Positions 56,928 through 64,000 of a stretch of DNA of 64,000 bases are shown here, piece by piece. The notes beneath the pieces were generated by a model. The model saw nothing but the letters and a program-made list of their open reading frames with translations. It was not told the origin of the DNA and did not search any database. The DNA comes from Ferruginibacter sp. (GTDB taxonomy: Bacteria > Bacteroidota > Bacteroidia > Chitinophagales > Chitinophagaceae). The stretch lies in the NCBI GenBank assembly GCA_019638635.1, contig JAHBTM010000006.1:4360-68359 (forward strand), given 5' to 3'. Both the position numbers and the translations under genes were made by a program. The first letter of the stretch is position 1; the number at the start of each line of letters is the position of its first letter.

Positions 56928-57364
56928 AACCCATCCGACACATACATCCGCACTTTCAATATTGGCTCAAGTATAAAGATCAACACCTCATTCACCTCTA
57001 TACAGATGTACGCATGTATCTGTTGGAATTGTTCCCTGCATGCAATGAAATACTCTACCATACACATGCCCTTACATCAGTGTATTCAATATCCGATAAA
57101 CTGTCTGATGCGTTTTGTATGATACCCATCTACACCCAACACCTGAATGTGGGTTTTAACAAAGGCGCCCTCCTGAAAGATCCGCATCAATTGTTAAAAG
57201 GAACCGGAAAATTGATCCGGCATATTGAAGTAAAACATCCTAATGACTACAGAAATCTCAGTGTACAATCACTGATACAGGAAGCCTATGATTTTGCAAG
57301 GAAAGATATGGACAAGCCCACAATGTCTACCGGAAATACAATTTCGAAAATCAAAATTCCCTAA
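56924..57364 (+). CDS. DUF1801 family protein
   Basis: Start ATG 56924 overlaps the VOC stop (ATGA); AFCMIPIYTQHLNVGFNKGALLKDPHQLLKGTGKLIRHI. Confidence 0.8.
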   Translation: MKPIRHIHPHFQYWLKYKDQHLIHLYTDVRMYLLELFPACNEILYHTHALTSVYSISDKLSDAFCMIPIYTQHLNVGFNKGALLKDPHQLLKGTGKLIRHIEVKHPNDYRNLSVQSLIQEAYDFARKDMDKPTMSTGNTISKIKIP

Positions 57365-57471
57365 GAGTGATTCTCTTTTTATTTTAAGCAGTATACACAG
57401 GATGACAAATGCTCAGCGACATGGGCCATATAATATCAACCCCATCGTAAATAGGAAGGGTTTCACGGACA

Positions 57472-57500
57472 TAAAAAAAGGGTTGCATCATTGCAACCCT
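57472..57500 (-). terminator. Intrinsic terminator of the M36 protease gene
   Basis: AGGGTTGCA(TCAT)TGCAACCCT with an A tract on +. Confidence 0.8.
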
Positions 57501-57520
57501 TGTACAATAGCCTATTAAAA

Positions 57521-60500
57521 TTATCGGTTCACATGAACCTGTGCAGAACGAATAAACTTACCGTCTTCCATCAGCACCAACATATAATTTCCGGCAGCTA
57601 CATTCCTCATATCCACCTGCATCACTTCAACGGATGTGCCCGGATTAGAGGTGTAATATTTAGCATATACCCTCGAACCCTTTGCATCATACACGGCTAC
57701 AAGGCGCTGTGCTGGTGTGTTTCCTGCGGTATTGCGAACCCTCACCTGGAATACTCCGTTGTTGGGGTTTGGAGTAATGAAGGAGAAGTTCGGCTCTGCC
57801 AGTGTAATGATTAACGTATTGGAAGTTCCTGTACATCCATTCACTTCTGCAGTAGCGGTATAGGTTCCCACCTCATCAGATGACACCACCAGTGTATTGC
57901 CCGTTTCTCCAGGAACAACGCCGCCATTTTTCAACCACGTGAAGGTTGTGGTGGCCGGTGTGGCGCTGGCGGTTAATGTGGTGGTACTTCCTTCTTCAAC
58001 AGATGTATTGGTTGTATTGATAACAACGTTTGGTACCGGGTTAACCGTTACCGTTATATTGTCGGACGATGTACAGCCGTTAGCATCTGTTCCGGTAACC
58101 GTATAGGTTGTGGTATTGTTGATATTGAAGGCTACTCCGTTGGTTACACCATTATTCCAGGTGTACGTGCTGGCACCATTACCGGATAATGTTACAGCAC
58201 TTCCGCTACAAACAGCAGTTGCCGGTCCGTTGGCAGTGACTACCGGTAAAGGATTTACCGTTAATGTAGCTGCATTGGAAGTAACGGTATTGCAGGCTCC
58301 ATTGATAACCACGCGATATTGGTTGTTGTTATCATTAACATCTACACCAGTGGCGCTATAAGTAGCCGAAGTAGCACCGGCAACATCGGTCCAGGTGGTA
58401 CCCCCATCGGTACTCACCTGCCATTGATACGAAAGGGCGTTGGTAGCTTGTACAGAAAAGTCTACATCAGAACCACTGCAACCTGCATTATTAGACGGTT
58501 GAGTTGTTACGGCAGCCGTTCCGGTTACGGTTAACACCGCAGCATCAGAGGGTAAATTAGTGGTACACACCCCATTGACCAACACTCTGTAGCGATTGTT
58601 ATTCATGCCGGCTGTTACTGCGTTTACATTCAAGGTAGTGCCCGTTGCACCGGCGATGGTATTCCATGTGGTGCCCCCATCCGTACTTACCTGCCATTGA
58701 TAAGTGAGACTTATGCCACTGGCAGTAACGGTGAAGGATACATCTCCACCCGGACAAGCAGCAGCTGCTACAGGTTGAGTAGTGATGGATGCGGCTGCAT
58801 TCACTTCAAGGTTTGCAGCACTGGAGGTGATGACGCCCGGAGAACAACTGGTAACCAATACACGATAGGTATTGCCATTGTCGGTAATGCTCACATTGTT
58901 GAGTGTAAGATTGGCCGCCGTAGCACCGGTAATATCATTCCATGTATTACCGCCATCTGTACTTACCTGCCACTGATATCCCAATCCGGAGCCGGTAGCA
59001 GCCACACTAAACGAGGCGTTCGTGCCGGCGCAAACGGTGGTGTTCACCGGTTGTGTACCAATAGCTGCCGTAGCACTGATGGTTAACGTGGCAACGCTAG
59101 AGGTGAGGTTTGTTGTACAAATATTGGAAAGAACAACTCTATAACGGTTACCGTTATCCGAAGTTGAAAGGTTGCTGACTGTTAAAGTAGTGGCAGTTGC
59201 TCCCGGAACATTATTCCATGTGGTTCCCCCATCGGTACTCACCTGCCATTGAATGCTTGGGTTGGTTCCATTCAGTGCAATGTTGAACACAGCATCATTG
59301 CCGGTACACGCTGTTACATCAATAGGTTGTGTGGTGATGGATACCGGACTATTCACCGTAAGCGTAGCAGTTCCTGAATTTAACGCACCGGCGCAACTGG
59401 TTACTACCACACGATAGGTTAGTCCGTTAAAGGTTGCATCTACACTGTTCAGGGATAATGTGGCAAAGGTAGCTCCGGTAATATTGTTCCAGGTGGTACC
59501 TCCGTTCGTGCTCACTTGCCACTGATACGAGTTGGCCGTACCTGTTGCAGTAACGTTGAAGGCTGTATTTTCACCTGCACACACCGTGGAACTTTGAGGT
59601 TGAGCTGTAATGGTAGCCGCAACGCTCACGGTTAATATAGCAGGGTTAGAGATTAAGTTGGAAGTGCAGGCATTGTCCAATACTACGCGGTAGCGGTTAT
59701 TGTTGAGGCTGCCATCCACCGCTGGAACGGTTAACACAGCGGCCGTGGCTCCCGGAACATTATTCCATGTAGTACCACCATTAGTGCTCACCTGCCACTG
59801 ATAAGTAACAGCTTGGCCGGCGGCGGTTACACTGAATACCGCATCACTACCGGAGCAGGCATTCACATTCGCCGGTTGGGTAGTAATGGATGCCGATTCA
59901 TTCACCGTGAGCACAGCCGCGTTAGAGGATAACGCACCACTGCAACTGGTTACAACCACACGGTACCGGTTGTTGTTCAACGAAGCAGCCGCATTGTTTA
60001 TATTCAATGTAACTCCTGTTGCACCGGTGATATTATTCCAGGTATTTCCCCCATCGGTGCTCACTTGCCATTGATAGGTATTGTTACTACCGGTAGCGGA
60101 TACACTGAAAGACGTATTATTTCCTGAACAAACCGTTGCATTGGTAGGTTGTGTTGTAATAGCAGCAGCCACACTAACTGTTAGTATAGCGGCAGAAGAG
60201 GTTAAACTTCCTGCACAGGTATTACTAACAATAACGCGTACCCGATTGTTATTCATGGGGCCGGTTACCGCCGGAATGGTGAATGTGGCGGTATTGGCTC
60301 CCGATACATTGCTCCAGGTGTTTCCTCCGTCCGTACTTACCTGCCACTGATACGTAATGTTGGTGCCGGCAGCGGAAACTGAAAATACCGCATCGGTTCC
60401 CGAACAGGCATTCACATTAGAAGGAGCGGTAAGGATAGACGCTGTTTCAAGCACGGTAAGTGTAACAGCAGCAGAATTGATAGCACCGGAACATCCCGTC

Positions 60501-63500
60501 ACTATTGCCCTGTACCGGTTGCCGTTGAGGTTAACAGTAGCTCCATTGATGTTCAATGTGGAGGATGTGGCACCGGTTAGGTCTGTCCAGTTAGCACCCC
60601 CATCTATACTCACCTGCCATTGATATGCAAGTCCGGTACCCGAGGCCGTAACACTGAACGATGTATTATTACCGGAGCATACACTCTGGTTCACCGGTTG
60701 AGTGGTGATGGCAGCCGGGTTGTTTACAGTAAGGGTAACACCGGTTGAGGTAACAGATGACGGACAGGTATTACCGGTAATCACCCTGTATCGTGTATTA
60801 TTCTGGCCGGCAGTTACTCCGGTTAGTGTAAGCGTTGCCGTTGTAGCCGTCGGGATATTTCCCCATGTATTTCCACCATCCGTACTCACCTGCCACTGGT
60901 AGGTTGGTGCTGTACCAGATACCGCTACTGTAAACACCGCATTGGATCCGGCACATACGGTAACATTCACCGGTTGAGTGGTGATGGCTACATCGTTACA
61001 AGTTACGGTTTCCACTACCAGGGCAGAAGTATCGGCATAATCTACGCGAATGCCCAGTCCGTTAAACAGCGACGTGCGCATATTCACCCAGGGCTGGTTG
61101 ATTACACTAATATCATCTACATACCAACCGGAAGTGGTAGATGGTGCGGAATTATCATCAGAACCAAAACGGAATCGGAACCGCATGTTTTGTCCGGCCA
61201 GTTGTGTTAGATTAACTACTGTTGAAAAAAAGCTATTGGCCAGCCCGGTAAACGCCGGACGGTTACTAAGCACGTTAGTTGAAGCGTTTCCAATGGCTCC
61301 GTTGTATCTTCCTTCAATCATACCTGATCCGATATCAAACCAGGTTGTTCCGTTGTTAACAGATGCTTCAACCACACCACCATCCCATCCGGATTCGGTC
61401 AGGAAACGGTGGCTGAATTTTAAGCGGGCTGTGGAGTTGGCAGGTAAATTAATATTGACAGAGCGTTCCAGGCGCATGTCGGTTGAAACGTTGAAGTTTC
61501 TGGCATAAAACGAACGTGTAGGGCTGGAACTAAATGTGGTGGAGGTAACCCAGGTATTGGCCGTGGGTGTTCCTATACTCACCCAACCGGCCCCTAAAGT
61601 TGAATTGGGAACAGTTTCTTCAAACAGGGTAACTGTAGGGAAGTATGCTCCTGTGTTCACACGAACCACAAAAGGATAATCCTGTGTTACACCCGCCGCC
61701 TGATTCACATCAAAACTCACTACACGTGTGGTGCTGTTATATGTTCCACCACTTACATAAGTAACGTTGGCCGGTAAAGTATCTCTGAGTATATAATTGC
61801 TGATGGGTCCGCAAGGGCTGGACACCGTATTCACGTAAGTGATGAGCTGGCCTTCCTCTACTTCGGTTACGCCTCCCTGTGAGAGCGACAGGTACACCGG
61901 ATAACTGTTGTCGGGTGTTTGATCGTTTACATCATCCGTTGACCCTTCATTGGCATAAAAACCCATCCCTCTTCTGCGGAAGGCCTCCCAGATGGAACAC
62001 TGATAGGCGCCGTTGAATAATATCTGATCAGCAGCCAGGATAGCATCTCTTCCCGAAATAAAACCCGGATTACATTGTTGTAGTTTCATGCCTTCCATTA
62101 CCAAACGCATTGCGATGGAGTTACCACCCGGTGCATTCGGATTGGTGAAGTTGGGGTTTATCACACCCACCTGGTTGATGATGTTCCAGGTCATATCCCA
62201 TAGGGTAGCGCACCAAAGTTCACCACGGGTGTGCTGTTGCGATGAAACGAAAGTGGAATAGGTGAGGTTGTTGATAGCGAAGTTGGTGGTATATCTTCTG
62301 TTTCGGATTCCACTGCCATTTACTGTTTGTCCAGAAGCAAAAGTGCCAATCCCTCTGGGGCTGGTAAACCCTGTATTCAGGTTAGAGTTGGCCCAGTCTT
62401 GCGTATACATCAGGGTGAAATAATCACTCCAGCCTTCTCCCATTTGTTCTTCATTGGTCAGACAAGAAGCCTGATTGGGGCCACCGGTTAATCGGTTGCT
62501 GATACCATGCGCAAATTCATGTACCACAATCCCATTATCGGTTGACCCATCGCGTTGAATACCACTTCCCCATAAATACATCTGCATGCGCGGACGAGTA
62601 CCATCAGGAGGAGTCGCAAAGTTGGCGTTGTTTACGCCACCGGCATCCTGTGCATCGGCGATTACATAATCGTTTCCGGCACCACCACGTCCCTGATTGT
62701 TATTCTGAAAATTACCATTCACTTCCGCAAAACCATACACATACGACAGGTTATGCGCGATGTTGTTCCAGTAGAACAGGTTGGTAATATTGAATTGCTG
62801 ATTAGGAACCGGAGACGTTTGTGTAGGGGTTACTGTAAAATCGGGAATGAATATAAAGTTTAACGGATCAGGTGAAGTGGATGATTGTGCTGATTGACCA
62901 AAAGTGGAGTTGTTATCATCCCGGTCTTCCTGTGCATATACGTTGTTGCCTCGTGTTTCCCAGAAATCAAAGGAACCGTCGTTATGCCAACCGAGTGTGG
63001 TAGCGTTCCCAGGAAATAAATTCCAGGGGTTGGAAACTGCGGTTGGGGTTCCGCCGGGATGAATGCGGCTTTCTGCAGGATAAGGAATGATGTGATAGTT
63101 GGCCGTATTGACCAGTTGTGTTTGATCAGGTGATGCTGTATGTTGTGATGAGGATGGATGCGCATCAACAGTAGAGCAGGCATCTTCCATTGGCTCCGCA
63201 GCATTGTGGCTGTGCCCGAACTGGCAATAGATGGTCAGGTTGGTTTCATTGATGAATGAGTTATCGAACGCGTTGATACGAATCAACCAATAGTCGGATG
63301 ATTTCAGGGGCGCATAAAAAAACTGCCAGGCCAGTTCTACAGTGCTTTTTTCTTTAACAGGAATCCAGATTAATTCGGCAAAAATATCTTCAAAAGCTAC
63401 GCCGAGTGTTCCAAAATACATTTTACTACCCTTGGTTTCTGTTATTGATACCGGTCCGGTAACCACTGCTCCTTTTTGTTGCAGAGCGGTAATCAGGGCG

Positions 63501-63847
63501 TTTTGTACGGTTACCGATGGCATACCGTTCAACCCGGCCAGTCCGCGTACATTTTTAATCCGATTGCCCTGGGCACTAACCAACGCACCATTTTTGAATG
63601 CCAGTGTTTGAATGCTGTTATACACCGGAATACCAAGGTGGGTTTGTTGCAGATACACCATATCGGTTCCTGCAAATGTGTTGTGGTAAGCGCTGCTGAT
63701 GACAGATTGTTTTAAATCTTCCTCAGATAGGCCAATTTTTTCACTGTTTTTCAACACCAGGTTCATGGCGGCCTCCGGTTGAATATCCTGTGCTCGGGTA
63801 GTCAATGCGAGGCTAAACATCACAACGAACAGTAAAATTTGCTTCAT
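57521..63847 (-). CDS. T9SS-secreted M36 (fungalysin) metallopeptidase with DUF11-like, carbohydrate-binding-like and 12 Ig-like domains
   Basis: Signal peptide, FTP/PepSY propeptide, TxGNNV, VHEFAHGISNRLTGG, GEGWSD, type-A CTD (PNPNNG...VYDAKG...GNYM); likely start ATG 63847. Confidence 0.93.
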   Translation of the reverse strand: MKQILLFVVMFSLALTTRAQDIQPEAAMNLVLKNSEKIGLSEEDLKQSVISSAYHNTFAGTDMVYLQQTHLGIPVYNSIQTLAFKNGALVSAQGNRIKNVRGLAGLNGMPSVTVQNALITALQQKGAVVTGPVSITETKGSKMYFGTLGVAFEDIFAELIWIPVKEKSTVELAWQFFYAPLKSSDYWLIRINAFDNSFINETNLTIYCQFGHSHNAAEPMEDACSTVDAHPSSSQHTASPDQTQLVNTANYHIIPYPAESRIHPGGTPTAVSNPWNLFPGNATTLGWHNDGSFDFWETRGNNVYAQEDRDDNNSTFGQSAQSSTSPDPLNFIFIPDFTVTPTQTSPVPNQQFNITNLFYWNNIAHNLSYVYGFAEVNGNFQNNNQGRGGAGNDYVIADAQDAGGVNNANFATPPDGTRPRMQMYLWGSGIQRDGSTDNGIVVHEFAHGISNRLTGGPNQASCLTNEEQMGEGWSDYFTLMYTQDWANSNLNTGFTSPRGIGTFASGQTVNGSGIRNRRYTTNFAINNLTYSTFVSSQQHTRGELWCATLWDMTWNIINQVGVINPNFTNPNAPGGNSIAMRLVMEGMKLQQCNPGFISGRDAILAADQILFNGAYQCSIWEAFRRRGMGFYANEGSTDDVNDQTPDNSYPVYLSLSQGGVTEVEEGQLITYVNTVSSPCGPISNYILRDTLPANVTYVSGGTYNSTTRVVSFDVNQAAGVTQDYPFVVRVNTGAYFPTVTLFEETVPNSTLGAGWVSIGTPTANTWVTSTTFSSSPTRSFYARNFNVSTDMRLERSVNINLPANSTARLKFSHRFLTESGWDGGVVEASVNNGTTWFDIGSGMIEGRYNGAIGNASTNVLSNRPAFTGLANSFFSTVVNLTQLAGQNMRFRFRFGSDDNSAPSTTSGWYVDDISVINQPWVNMRTSLFNGLGIRVDYADTSALVVETVTCNDVAITTQPVNVTVCAGSNAVFTVAVSGTAPTYQWQVSTDGGNTWGNIPTATTATLTLTGVTAGQNNTRYRVITGNTCPSSVTSTGVTLTVNNPAAITTQPVNQSVCSGNNTSFSVTASGTGLAYQWQVSIDGGANWTDLTGATSSTLNINGATVNLNGNRYRAIVTGCSGAINSAAVTLTVLETASILTAPSNVNACSGTDAVFSVSAAGTNITYQWQVSTDGGNTWSNVSGANTATFTIPAVTGPMNNNRVRVIVSNTCAGSLTSSAAILTVSVAAAITTQPTNATVCSGNNTSFSVSATGSNNTYQWQVSTDGGNTWNNITGATGVTLNINNAAASLNNNRYRVVVTSCSGALSSNAAVLTVNESASITTQPANVNACSGSDAVFSVTAAGQAVTYQWQVSTNGGTTWNNVPGATAAVLTVPAVDGSLNNNRYRVVLDNACTSNLISNPAILTVSVAATITAQPQSSTVCAGENTAFNVTATGTANSYQWQVSTNGGTTWNNITGATFATLSLNSVDATFNGLTYRVVVTSCAGALNSGTATLTVNSPVSITTQPIDVTACTGNDAVFNIALNGTNPSIQWQVSTDGGTTWNNVPGATATTLTVSNLSTSDNGNRYRVVLSNICTTNLTSSVATLTISATAAIGTQPVNTTVCAGTNASFSVAATGSGLGYQWQVSTDGGNTWNDITGATAANLTLNNVSITDNGNTYRVLVTSCSPGVITSSAANLEVNAAASITTQPVAAAACPGGDVSFTVTASGISLTYQWQVSTDGGTTWNTIAGATGTTLNVNAVTAGMNNNRYRVLVNGVCTTNLPSDAAVLTVTGTAAVTTQPSNNAGCSGSDVDFSVQATNALSYQWQVSTDGGTTWTDVAGATSATYSATGVDVNDNNNQYRVVINGACNTVTSNAATLTVNPLPVVTANGPATAVCSGSAVTLSGNGASTYTWNNGVTNGVAFNINNTTTYTVTGTDANGCTSSDNITVTVNPVPNVVINTTNTSVEEGSTTTLTASATPATTTFTWLKNGGVVPGETGNTLVVSSDEVGTYTATAEVNGCTGTSNTLIITLAEPNFSFITPNPNNGVFQVRVRNTAGNTPAQRLVAVYDAKGSRVYAKYYTSNPGTSVEVMQVDMRNVAAGNYMLVLMEDGKFIRSAQVHVNR
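58260..60997 (-). repeat. Ten tandem ~92-aa Ig-like repeats
   Basis: Each has ITTQP..C.G...F.V.A.G....YQWQVSTDGG.TW...GAT...L....N..YRV...C....S..A.LTV. Confidence 0.9.
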
Positions 63848-63961
63848 AGATGTGTAGTTTGGAAAAGTGCCGTTTTGCGACAAATCATTTTTATAAAAAT
63901 TAGGTAAATTTTGAGGCGGTAATTTACGTCATAATTCTCTCATTTTGTTTACTGGCTGGCT

Positions 63962-64000
63962 TTATTTTCGGCGTTTGAAGTGGCGATAGCCGGCATATTT
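63962..64000 (-). CDS. Possible 3' end of a gene entering from beyond the window
   Basis: Open frame KYAGYRHFKRRK-stop only; too short to identify. Confidence 0.25.
   Translation of the reverse strand, partial: KYAGYRHFKRRK

Noticed and set aside
55146-57520. Prophage or mobile island after atpH
   Set aside because: AT-rich and accessory-looking, but no integrase, transposase, tRNA target or flanking direct repeat was found.
58260-60997. Regularly spaced DNA repeats (CACCTGCCACTGATA-like) that could suggest a CRISPR array
   Set aside because: The period is about 276 bp and in frame within a protein; these are Ig-domain codons, and there are no cas genes.

Overview
Bacterial chromosomal segment from a Bacteroidota genome, most likely Chitinophagaceae. 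This is inferred from gldC, a type-A T9SS C-terminal domain, TAnnTTTG -7 promoter boxes and an N-terminally extended AtpB. Most of the window is housekeeping: partial serS, gcvH, murA, gmk, nadK, psd/cdsA, dusB, tadA, purD, mreBCD-mrdA-rodA, galE, transketolase C-subunit and atpBEFH. No rRNA, tRNA, CRISPR array, integrase or transposase was recognised. The most notable elements are: (1) a ~10 kb phosphate-type module (PiT with a ~200-aa insertion, DUF47, porin, TonB-dependent receptor, beta-helix lipoprotein, PhoR/PhoB-like pair) whose three promoters carry 11-bp-period TAACA-type repeats; (2) a ~55-nt candidate sRNA at 34187-34245 with its own promoter and terminator and a seed complementary to ATGAAAAA start regions; (3) a frameshifted secreted protein with a clan-CD-like His/Cys motif; (4) a 2100-aa T9SS M36 metalloprotease with an alternating Ig stalk; (5) an atp cluster that terminates after atpH; and (6) several probable leaderless promoters. 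All family calls come from reading translated motifs by eye; no database search was run.
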